Under the pieces are notes generated by a model that was not told where the DNA came from, ran no database searches, and was given only the letters and a program-made list of their open reading frames with translations. This document shows, piece by piece, positions 49,131 through 63,197 of a DNA stretch of 64,000 bases. Source of the stretch: Psilocybe cubensis. Lineage: Eukaryota. The stretch covers positions 1,240,001-1,304,000 of the forward strand of contig CM039004.1 in NCBI GenBank assembly GCA_017499595.2, read 5' to 3'. Each line of letters begins with the position of its first letter. Positions within the stretch are counted from its first letter, which is position 1. Both the position numbers and the translations under genes were made by a program.

Positions 49131-51701
49131 TCGGAACGTATCCTTGAGACAAAGCCCAAATTATCTATGTCACTGAAAGCCACTGACCTTAGCAAGAAGG
49201 TAAATTTTTGATCGGAATTCCCACGGTCGAATATGGAAGTGGATTAAACTCCGTGTGGCTGTGTTATTGCCAAGGGCATAAACTGAACTCATTTCGTTTG
49301 TTTGAATGACCGTGAATATATAAATACAGTACTCTGCAAGACATAATGATGTGAATAGTTATAAAGATATTAATTAACTTCCAGAAACCAACAAAAATCG
49401 ACTTTCAAACCTCTCACTCAGACACGTAGTACCATGACCATGCCATGACCAATAGGATCAATGAAGAAGGAAAGGCTCGTCAAAAGGGACATAGACACAT
49501 ATCTCTGCCCAAAATTCTCAGTCAGAAACTTTTACAGGAATGGACCTCAAGGCAAAATCGGAGCCATATGGCGAGCCTGGTGCCACTCTTTGCGCCTAAT
49601 GGGACTCAATGTTATACTAGAGGTCTATCAGCCAGCAACGAAGGGCACAGTTATGAATGCCTCCTAAAAGATGTCCGCCAGTATGTCTGTAAGATGGGGA
49701 TCAGTAACATCCATGCAGAAACATAACTCATTGGCGGATCGGGGGGGCAGGCGAGGCAGCGTCAATCATTTTTGCAGGTATCAAAACGCCGGTATGATCA
49801 TAATTGAAGGTTAGTTAGGAATGTATAGAAGTTTTTTTCGGTGACTATATTCCTACTTCTCTCAAGGATGAAAGAAGCGAAGCGCGCCCCTGTGTCAAAG
49901 GCGTGTTAAATGAATTATATCATGTGATCGCGAGTCCTGGCACTTCCTGGCAATGGCACCGCCACCATAATCAGACGGGTCTCACAAATTTGTTTCGTCC
50001 CCCATGTTCTTTTTTTTGGAATCTGTTTATTATCATGCAACAAGCAATCGGAGTGCTAAGGCGCACGGGTGAGTGATGCTTACCTCTCTACGCTGATCTA
50101 TGTACTGTGTATCAGTCTTCGGCAGCGTTTGTATATTTCTCCCAAGTTCAGGTGCACCGTTAAACCCCTTTCTCACATACTTATGTCCATTCTCCTGCAC
50201 CTGGAAATAATTTCGTTCTGAATGTCTCTAGACAACCACTTCCAGTGTTCTGGTATTCATATCATGATGTTGGCGTCGGGTTTGGGCTTTTGACTGGAGG
50301 CTGCGAGATTGGTCAATCCAGTTTATCTGGGACAACTCTGGGAACGATCCGAACGTCAAGGCAAGCTTCCAACTACGTGACTTTGTAGGAATATTCAGCT
50401 CTCTATTATTATCCTTCAACACGCTGAGCTTATCTGAATTCCTTATTTTGCTGAGGATACCGACCGGAGTGGATGGATCAATCGTCATACGTATAGTGAA
50501 ATGTCGCATTTACTGCCGCGGGGAAGGGCGCAGGTTCCTCTACCGTTAGCCTAAACAATAGCATTGATTTTTGGCCCAAATAATGCTTGAAGTTTCCTAA
50601 ACTTGATATTTGTTTACTGCTTATGACACATTCATGGTGGTGCGTCATCTATCCTCTAGCTAAATGACATTAGTGACCCTACATAGTGTCAGACTAGTTG
50701 GAGATATCTTCAGCGGATGATAGCGGACAATACTGAGGCTGACACAATTGTTAAACCGCTGCAATGATTGACCTTTGGCATGCCTAAGTGCGGGTATTTG
50801 TCAAAGGATTCAAAGCCACGACTTGCTTGCAATTTTTCTCGTCCTTCTTAATTTCTACCATCTTCAGTCTCAGTTACTAATCTTTGGGACTTGCAATATC
50901 TATGTGAGTTTGGTTTTTCCAAGTCTCTTATTCTAATTTTCGTTGAATTGATGTTCATATATTTCAATTTTAGGTTGTTGAAGTCGTTATCGACCTTAAA
51001 TTAAGTTTGCACAGTATCCTCGATGCGAGTCTGCCGATGGGCCAACACGTGGATTTATAGTATCACACGAACCTGAGGATTTAGAAGGGCGGTGAAGGTA
51101 CGATACGCTTTTATTTAGCACTGGGATGTCTGCAAAAAGGCGTCAATGTGCTCTGTATGATGCACCTTCCAACTTATGTAATTCTGAGCAAGCCAAAATG
51201 CCGAGAAAAGTGCGGAATTCCGTCTGGGAATCGTTTTAAACGACGAAGATCATGAGTTGCATCTCATCCGCGTTTAGCATTTATTTCCCAACTCGGTTAT
51301 TGTCTTTATGGATCCAACACATGGCAGTCATTTTTCTGCAGAATAGCTGAGTGAAATGTGCTACTTTGTTGGGGGTGTAAAGCATCTCTTTCTTCGCCCT
51401 ACCCGCTACTGAAGCTAATTTCAACTTTATCGCAGTGTTCACGACTTAGGCATCCTAAATATTATTCACATAATAGTGTTATATAACACTATTTTAGGAT
51501 GCAATTGTTTCTTTCTCCACATCATCCTGATGAATGTCCCACTTTGCGGCCCGTATCACCACCAACCGAGACGAATCTATGGTGCGGGAATATGACTTGA
51601 CCGAAAAGATACCTGAGTGGGATTAGCTGTGACATATATGGCTAAAAGAGTAGCACACTCTACGGATAGGCCCCAGAAAGTGTACTCAGGTTTCTTCCGT
51701 T

Positions 51702-54038
<2,337 letters not shown>

Positions 54039-54619
54039 TGGATACAAGAAAACCCGAAAAGTTTTGATCTACGCGTTTCCGCTAGGCTGTAACTTGCACA
54101 TTGATATGACAATAATTAAGATTCAAGCTCTTGCCGCCGCCTTTTCCAACTTCTAGAATGCTAGCGTCAGCCTCTCCTTAAACAACGCCGTGTATGCACC
54201 CTCGTATGTTTTGCGTTAACGTGGTTATTTAGGAGGACATTTCCCCATTTATCATGCGAAAATTCACGCTGAGCATAACCGTGGGTCTCGTGAAATTTAT
54301 TCGAAGTGATGGAGAGCTTTGGTACATGAGATGAAAAAAATGAGAATGCTACATTTTTAACATTCCTGTAAGTTTTCAGTCAATTTTTAGTTCTGTTCGT
54401 TGATTACAACCACGTGGAATCCATGTGCGAGAAGTTGAAGAACTTAGCAGTGGATAGGCGTGGATGCAACTCCCACGAAGCAGACTATCATTAGCAACGG
54501 TGACAAATTCTTCAATTGACCTCACGCTCAATTCCTGCCCCTTTCACCTTTCGAAAGCTGGCCAAAATAAAATCCTTTCAGTAAAGGGACATCAAGGCCC
54601 ACTTGGCAACGGTACTCAT

Positions 54620-56440
54620 CTTTTTCTTACAGCTGACCTTTTCTATATGTGTAGAGTAATGCTTGCGATAACGTGGAAGGAAATCAAGATCCAAATCAAC
54701 CAATGAAAGAAATGTACTTACGAGGGCCGCATACCCGGAGCGAACACCTGTAATTGGATCATCAATGGATGGTCAAGTAAGTAGTAGATGATAAACGAAC
54801 TCGCCGCCGTTGCCCATTCAGCATCGTTAAACCACCTGTGGAGTTTCATTAAGGATATAGCACAAACTCACAAAATAATTCCGGGAAGATGCCCGACCAA
54901 GGAAGATGAGCTGCAGCGAACCGAGATGATAAATTGAACGGTATCCCAAGAAGATCAGAAGAGCAAATAAGAAGAGTTCACGAAAAATAAGGACACGATG
55001 ATGCCATCGTAGACAAGAAAAAATCAGAGCCCGTCACAAGCCCTAGAACCTGAGATCAGACACCGAGAAATGATTTCATAACCAGACTGCAGGCGATCGC
55101 AGACTTATACCCAAGATCAAGAGTTGCCAGAGTTTAAAGCATGGTTCAGAACATGATTTCTTGTTAGCATAGCATTTCCGAAAATTGACACTCACGACCC
55201 ATGCGGCAGGCAAGAAAAACCAAATTCTTGAAGATTTCAATCGCTGAATGAGTAGACATCTCGCCTGAACTGGAATTTGTACACGCATAGAAGCATCGAG
55301 AACAGAAAGGCTCCACATCCGGGTACACTCGTCTTAGGCGCAGAGCGATTTAGCAACATGATTTCCAGTTTGCATACACTCACTTCATCTGGTCAAGGTG
55401 GCTGCATGAAGTGCAAATCACATGCACGACGAACTGAGAAAGGGAAGGTTCACCTCACAGGTTAGTCTTGCATGAAACTGATTCTCAAGAGAAATTCTTG
55501 CGCAGATTTCACTCGTCACTCAACTCTAAATAGAAAACTCGGTCAACTAAGCAAGTACGGTGGAATGATTGACATACAAGATTATGCACTGCTTTGTCAT
55601 GGACATGCACACAAAGTAGCTTTGGCTGAAGAAACTACGCTGATGATTTGTTTGTGCAAGACCGTTCAAGAGAGCGAGACTGGTTCAATGCTGGATAAAC
55701 CCTGACGAACAACTTCGCGCCAACATATCTCAAGAGAACCTTTGCATGATAATGATTAGGCACGTCCTAATGTCGGGTACGACTGTCACTCACCACATGC
55801 TCAACCAGCATAGAAACTCATCTCAAGTCGTTCAGCAAGCACATAACGCCGGCAACACTGAACGAGAAAGGCACACATGCAATGAACTCAACTTGAACTC
55901 AACGTCCCGCTGGCCACGCTGCAATCAATGAAACGCTCTGCCAACGGTCAGCATGAGGTAACAACGAGTCAAGGAAGGGACACACCAAAGCCTAAAGGAA
56001 GGTCCAGCTTAGGATGTTCTAGGTCAGAAACGTTGGCAGGAGTGGGCACTCAGAAGGCATGGACATCTCAACGGAATATAACCCGGTACGGATAGACGGG
56101 CCGGGTGCCACTCAGCGCGCTTAACGGAAGCTCTGGATTACGATCAGCGAACAGCAGGAGAAGTGGTGGCAGAGCACGCACCACGCACAAACACGCAGTC
56201 AGAGGGCCAGCTGCAAGTCAGTGGGATCTACACAGGTGAAACTTGGTGAAAGCAACTCATCGCGGGCAGTGGTTGGTGGGGTTGAGCGCGCTCAGCTCTG
56301 CTAGAAGTTCCACAGCGGTCTGAACCTGTAAAATCGTCAGTCACTCAACGTAGAAGCAGATCTCATACCTGTTGAGCCAATTAGTAGAAGAGCGAGAAGG
56401 CGAAAGTAGTGGTGGCGGAGAGAGAGGATCGATGAGGGGC
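54620..56440 (-). ncRNA. Candidate multi-exon spliced long non-coding (or micropeptide) transcript
   Basis: TATATAA at 56463-56469 and CT-rich leader. Six canonical-looking introns with branch sites: 56326-56368, 56133-56181, 55938-55985, 55740-55793, 55526-55577, 55333-55383. Further donors at 55195, 54871 and 54721. No long AUG-initiated ORF across the spliced exons. Ends are approximate. Confidence 0.6.
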
Positions 56441-56462
56441 TGTGGTCAGTGAAAGGGCATGG

Positions 56463-56483
56463 TTATATAGATCAGATCACGTG
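56463..56483 (-). promoter_or_regulatory. TATA box with adjacent CACGTG E-box upstream of the candidate spliced ncRNA
   Basis: Minus-strand TATATAA (56463-56469), palindromic CACGTG (56478-56483), followed by a pyrimidine-rich initiator region. Confidence 0.45.
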
Positions 56484-56756
56484 GTCGCGAGTGCCCATCC
56501 TCATTGCCACTCGGTGGCAGTATCACCGTGGCCAGTCCTTTCAAAAAGGATAGAAAGGGCAACAGGCCATGGCCGCCCATCAGTGACAATGCGTTTATTT
56601 GGGACACGAGGTAGACTTGACCCAATAACTCCGGAAGGCGATGAAAGCAAGCATCAGAAACAGACTGGGGGCACATTCAGTTTTGAAAGTAGTGGGATTC
56701 GGATCGTCATAAAAGTTCATTACTACGCATAAATGCAACATTGTCCATTTTGCAGC

Positions 56757-59366
56757 TCATTCAAAGGGCATACTCTCAACGGCTTCAGAGAGAGACTCCC
56801 AATTATTCGCAACGTTTTCTGCATATTCGTGTTCTTCATGGGCAAATTCTTTTACGGCTTGCGTCAAAAGAGCATTTTCCCGATTGTGAAGCACAACGCG
56901 CAGTTCATGCCACATGCTACAAAAAGTAACACTCATTAATAAAGAGATAACGTCAACAGGAGGTAACCGCACCATGCTCGAATAAAAACACGGCGACTGA
57001 GCTGTGCAGCAATCGTGGCTTGGTCCTTTTCGATCATGGCTGTCAGCTTCTCCGCTTCTTCTTGCCAGTTTTCTTTTTGTGCTGCTCGAATACCGTCAAG
57101 CTTTACGGAGGTAGTTTCAATCCGTTTTTTGAGACGTTCTACTTGATCCAGCGAAAGTCTATCGTGACGAATGAATAAATCTCGGGTGGCAAGATAGAGA
57201 TCTCTCTGAGCCTGCACAAAGATAAGTCTCTATATTGCAAGGAAGTTCCTAACCAATTTACCTTGAGCGACTCCAATGTGGTGTCCTGAAGGCTTCGCGA
57301 CTGGAGGATAGATAAGACCATGGATATACTCAATTGAAGATGGGTTACTTACTCGCAATTCCGAAATTTCTGAATGGCGTTGTGTATGTGCAGCTAATTG
57401 GCTCAAGCCAGAGCGCACGCCATTCGACAATTCACAATCATCCCCTCGCCAACACGTTTCGTTGACTTCGACGACAACTCGAAGTGTGTTTGTTAATCTG
57501 GCAAGGTCCCCCTGATTATCCGAAGAAAGGACATTGGGATTGGTATTGAAGCCCAAGAATGATTGTGAGAGGGAAGCGGTCATCGATCGAGGGGAGCCAG
57601 GAGGAAGAGATGAAGATGTGGAGGAGGGAGAAAGTTCAGGCAAAGTGAGGTGAGTCCGGATAAAGGCTCGACGCAGGGCGGGTGTTCGTACCGCAGCTGC
57701 TTCGCGTCGTTTGATTATACGCTCAGCAAGAATGCAAATTCTCTGCCACTGTTCGATTAGAGGACTAATCTTTCCTCGTACAACACTGTTAATAAAGCTT
57801 TGAGTTATAGAAAGGGAGGGTATGTTGTCAAACATCATACGCAAGTTTGTCTTCCAAATCACTGGGAATTGTCATCTCTTCAATCCGGTCTACTCGTCGG
57901 GATGCTGACTCTTCTTCCAAAGATATTGCTGACTGCTTGCGCCATGTTTCAAAAGAAGGTTCACTTAAAAACACTGCTAATACTCCATCCTCTTTAATGA
58001 TGGGGTGATTACTAGGCGTCAATGAATGTAAGTTTCGTCCCAAGATATCTTGGAAAGTATTCTTACACAACAAAGTTGAGGGCTCTGGTTAAGCCACGCC
58101 TAACACATTAGAGTGAGTAACAGAGAAACACGTCGTAAACGATCTAAATGTCGTATATCTTACCGTCTTTGTTCCAAAAACTGTTCATCGGCTACAATAG
58201 GTTCAGTCAATAGCAAGGATATCACGGCCACGACTGCGCTCACCTCCAACTCTTTTCGGGGGCAATGCTGGAAAGAGGCGGAAGGGATATCGACGAACGA
58301 GCACATCCCACAAGAACGTAAACTCGGAATATCGACGAGCGACAGCAGTTTGCCTTCGCTACGCAAGGTTTAGACATAAATAACAGATGTAATTTAGAAA
58401 ACCTTACGTCTGATTGGATTTCATACACGGTATATCTATTCAAGATGAACCCTTGCTGGCCCAGAATAGTGATCTTGATGTTCTCTTCCTTTCTCCACCA
58501 TTCACTAGGTAGCCCAGTACCAGCCAATCCAGAAGGTTGCCCAGTAGGCAGTCCATCAATGGCGCCACCAAAAGAGGTGTTACCAGTATTGGCAGGGAAT
58601 CGGGGGTTTGAGTTCCACGGATCGTCGGAAGAGTAAGCTGGAAGAGTGGCACGTATAGTCTGATTAGTATTTCTCCGGGGTATAGATGCTGGCGATGTTA
58701 TGGTGGATAAAGCTTGGAGGTCGAGAGTCGGCTCTGGAAGGGTATTCTGGGACGATAGAGCAGCAACTTGCTCAATGCTAACGTCTACGAAACCTCTGAG
58801 GACATAAAAGGGCTGATGCGAACGTGGTAGCGTACCTTTCCCTGATTGTGCTAGCGCAACCAACGCTAACGCGACAAAGAATTCGAGCCTCGACACTCTA
58901 GGACGTGAACTGACAAGGTTGACGATCTATAGAAACAGTAAACATGGGTGTTGAGAATGCAGTTGACTGGCAAAACTCACCCGGTCGATCGTGCTAGCTG
59001 GCAACGATGACGTACTCAGAACCCGGGATAAAGCATTGACGGAGGTTTCTCCTGTGTTGGCAGGGTCGACAGAAGCATAAGCGCGATGGTATATAGATGG
59101 TACAGTTGCGTCGGCTGTATAGTTTATGAATGAGTATTGGGCCCGGAAACGCTCGGTGCAATAGGCTATTCACCTATGACTGCATTAAATACAGAAGATG
59201 GCGCTTGTGGTATCGGTGTTGGGCTAGGGCTTGGTGCGGCACTCCATGGGTCAAGTCCGTCGTCATAAACAGAACTTGAGAGAGGGTTCTCATCGACAAA
59301 GCTGCCCCCAAACCCATTGGAGGTGCTTCCTGTATATCGTTGGGCAGGCCGTGGAGCGTTAAACAT
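56757..59366 (-). CDS. MVP1: Sorting nexin Mvp1/SNX8 (PX-BAR)
   Basis: PX domain (GFILNRYTVY...RRYSEFTFLWDVLVRRYPFRLFPALPPKRV...FLEQRR/RGLTRALNFVV/NHPIIKED) followed by BAR helices; ends ...VESMPFE*. Confidence 0.88.
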
Positions 59367-59675
59367 GATGGTCGGGAGGAGGATATAGCACTATGATTTC
59401 ACTGCGGCTCAGCACCTCTTCGGTACATGGGCGGCTAGAACCAGTAAGTCCTTTGCCGTGTTCCCTCTTCGGACTCTTTAGTGTGTGGTCTTGTTGTCTA
59501 TTTCTCATCAATGTTCACACTGTCCCCATCTCATCCTCGTAGACTTTCTCAATATCCCTCATTATACTCGCGCATAGGAAATAATATTTATATACAGGAG
59601 TCCATAAGGGGTATCTAAAACGCTGTCTCGTGCCCCTCCCGACTGGTCAACTCAAAAAAGTTTTGCTCAATATGT

Positions 59676-62524
59676 TTACGAGTCTCCTGTCACTTTGGCC
59701 GCAAAGTGCAGTGTCCAAGTCGAAAGCAGTCTCTTGCTGTTGACTTGCTCGCCAGTCAAGCTATAGGAAGGTAGAATTAGTAACAAGTAAGATTCATAAA
59801 TCATAATCAACTTACCCTGGCGTTCCGTAAGTTAGAGGAGCAATGAAGACGAACATCAAGAACATGATGAAACTGAAGATAACAAAGATAACGGGTCCTT
59901 TGAGACCAATATCAGCGTATTGCGAAGGTCGTGCTCTCGTCTTGTTGCCCATCACAGAGATGGGATAGTTGATGGTTTCACTCAAGACAAAGTTGAGGAC
60001 AGCACCAGCGATAAGGGCGGAAGCAAGGTGGGACGGGAGGTAATGATGAATGAAGAGTTGACGATTCATCAAGAAGAAGGGAACGTAGTGGACGGCCCAG
60101 ACGAGGAGGAAGAACCCAGTGTTGTTCCAAAGACGATTTCGAACAGCTAATAACGGTCAATTAGCAAATTACACGTCTGATACAAGCATATGAAACTCAC
60201 AATCAGGAATTGGGTCCATTCCGCGGCGTCTAGCAAGAAGGTCTGCGCCCAGAATACCAACGTAGATTGAAAGAGCCACAGTGCACGTCCACCAGCCGAT
60301 AATGTTACCGATGAGGTAGATTTGCTTCTTAGCATCGTTGTCTGTCCAGAAACTGATACCGCTGAGAAGGAATGGCCAGTTGATAGGGTTGCTGGCATAA
60401 GGATGAGAAGCCGTCAACCCGGCATTGTGTTGCATCATGAGGAGCTGAAGTTCGCCGAATTTCCTGAAGAAGTTCATGGACTTGGGAACCTTGACTGGTT
60501 GTTTCTCCTCTTCACGATCATCCTCGAGTGCTGAAAAGTAGTCAACTCGAGAGAACATTTATCAAAGTAAATTTATTCACCTTCAGTAACAATTTCGTCA
60601 ACATACCATGTCGCAGTCTTCTCAACAGGGTTCTTGTTTCCGTTAATTTCTTGCTGTTTGAAGGCCCAGTCAGGGAGTTGCTCAGGGTGAGTCCACATCG
60701 AAACTTTGGTGGGAATATGGATAAGTCTGAAATGTCCTGACTTCGTCTTCCATGCCTCATTAGGGCTACCACTGGTCAAAATGATTTGGAAAAGGGTATC
60801 GTTGTGCCTGCTGTGGTCGTCCTTGGGCCAGGTGGTGAATTCCTGATTCGTGGGCATCAATGGAGAGGCGACATCGTGAGTGAGCAAATGGCTTTGGGTG
60901 TTGACATGGAGGAGCTGAACAACGTCCTCATTTCGCACAATTCGCCCACGTCCGGTCTCTGGGAGAGCTTTGGTAGGGATAATCTTCCAGTGATTGTTGG
61001 TATCATTGTGACCATAACCAGTAACCTGCTGGCCTTGACTGCTAATACGCCCGTCAGCGTAGGTCAATGGGTATCGCTCAATATGTGAATGCAGATAGAC
61101 TTTGGTGTCCTTGTGCCTCATAACGATGGTATCATAGTAATGAATTTCTGTTATACAAGTTTAAGTAAGAAAACAAATTCTATCAACAAAATTATATAAT
61201 AACTGACCTTTGCTGTTCAGCAGCATCTCATTACCAGCCAGGGTTTCCTGGAAAGCGGGGCTCATGAAATTGTCTCCAGTACCCGACTGAGTGAGAACAG
61301 CGAAGTGGATATAGAAGAACGACAAGTAAATGACGAATGGAACGACAATGAGGCCAGTAGCTCTAGCGGAGAAGTGTCTCCAGAAATATTCCTTCGAAAG
61401 ATGTCAAAAAAAGTTCTCGGACTAAAAATAAATGAAAAGTGAATTACCATGGTATGTCCCTCCTTCTTGTAGTCAAGAATGTCCCACAGGTCAACCAGAA
61501 CAGCGAGACCGATGGCGAACACTGTGAGAATACCGTTAACCTTGGAACCCCAGGTGCAAGCCATGAACACGCCAGTGAGGACGAGCCACGTCCACCATTC
61601 GGTTGTGAATTCTCTGAGAACATGTTCAACCAATGGCCTCAGAACGAGATACTTGAACAACATACCTGTAGCGAAGCTTGCGGAAGCGAATATAGGCGTA
61701 AATTGTAAGTGACATAAAGAAAATAAGAGTAGCGTCCAACAGAATCAGACGAGACTGTGCGATATGTGCGTTGTCTACAATTGTTGGAGTACATTAGCGG
61801 TCAACCTAATTAGGTCAGGATAGAAAGCGTACGCACCGAATAGAATAATAGCTGCGGAGAAAGCTGCGATGATAGTGGGATATCCACTAGTTTTCATAAT
61901 AGCATATACGACGGGGACAGTAAGACTGCCGAGGATAGCAGGGAGAGCGCGCATGCCGACGAAGGGGACGTGGTGGGTGGTATAGCTGTCACCGATGTTG
62001 TCGAAAGTGAATTGTCCATCGAAGCCCACAAACCAGCCAGCCAGTCCGAAGAGCAATTTCGCGAAGGGAGGGTGCACGTCGAAATAGTATTGACGCATGA
62101 TATAGTGTGACGCGAACTTGCCAAAGTGGACTTCATCGAAGCTGCAGAGGTAGGGATATGTGAGCGGCGAGGCGACAAGCTACGTAGGGAAGTTTAATGT
62201 ACTTACACGACCTGGTCTGGGTGGTTGATCTTGTAGAAGCGCAGCGCAAACGCGAGGGCTGTCAAGACGCCCACGACAATCGCGCTCCCCTGTTTAGTTT
62301 CTAACAACAACTCAAGTTGATTTCTGTTCTTCTAAACTCCACCAAAAGCAGATGAGCAACCCGTAATTCACACGACCAGTAGAGCACAGTTCAAAAACAC
62401 GTACAGGGTTCTGGTAAATGACATCGACATGCTCATCATCCTGCGTATGTTCGTGTTCCAAGTCAGACGGCCCCGAATGAGCTGTCTGCCTCTGCCGGAG
62501 GGTGCTTTTGCCTTTGCCTGCCAT
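59676..62524 (-). CDS. PMT4: Dolichyl-phosphate-mannose:protein O-mannosyltransferase, PMT4 subfamily
   Basis: HPDQVV/FDEVHFGKFASHYIMRQYYFDVHPPFAKLL, MIR domains (YLHSH..RYPL.Y.DGRISSQGQQVTGY, LLTHDVASPL), HPYASNP and RQLFIHHYLP. Confidence 0.93.
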
Positions 62525-62880
62525 GACTGGGAGGGGAAGGAGGGCCGAGATTTTAAAGTAACAAAATTGCTACAGGAAAAAGAAAAGAACCAGAAAGGAG
62601 AGAAAAGTAAGTTGAGGTTTGTTGAAAGTTGAACAATTATGAGCGGCGTGCGTGCTTCGTTCGCTGCCACGAATGACCTTACGTAATCTCTCTCAGGATT
62701 GGCAGCTACATGAGCTGGCATCACGACTTGTTATGCTTTGGTTTGGTTTTCTAGGTCGTCTCAAACTCGACCATTATCCGAATTTTCCCCTCATTCCATA
62801 AATTTGAAACTTTTCTCAAGGTGTAAATGCACCTGATTATTCTTTAAAATTTGGAAGCAATCCAAAATTTTGCATTATGC

Positions 62881-63180
62881 ATGAATAGAGGGTATAAAAG
62901 AAAGTGCCATTGAAGTGAGTCATGTTGAACGGATCGACAAAAGTCTAAAGTGTCTAAGTCCACTGAGAAGAATCAGAGGATTATACATATTGTTACAGAA
63001 TAGGTATTGTTAGAAAGCATACTGGTACAGACATAAGGTATTCGACTTTGAGATATGACCCTCCTTCTCTAGAGTCGAGAGGAAATAGCATCCCAAGTAA
63101 AAAGAGTGAAAGTAGAGTTAGGGTGCGGGTTATTATATATGAATAGAGGGTATCAAAAGTCTAGAGAGTCTAAGTCCACT
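62881..63180 (+). repeat. Short imperfect direct duplication in the 3' flank of the last gene
   Basis: ATGAATAGAGGGTAT at 62881 and 63139; CAAAAGTCTA(A/G)AG(T/A)GTCTAAGTCCACT at about 62938 and 63154. Confidence 0.7.
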
Positions 63181-63197
63181 CAAAACATGGACATGGT

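Noticed and set aside
54620-56440. Telomerase RNA, U3, RNase P/MRP or snoRNA-host identity for the spliced noncoding locus
   Set aside because: I found no 1.5-repeat CCCTAA-type template on the transcribed strand (only a lone CTAACC). I saw no U3 box A/A' or RNase P/MRP conserved regions, and most introns (about 50 nt) are too short to host snoRNAs. An atypical telomere repeat cannot be excluded without data.
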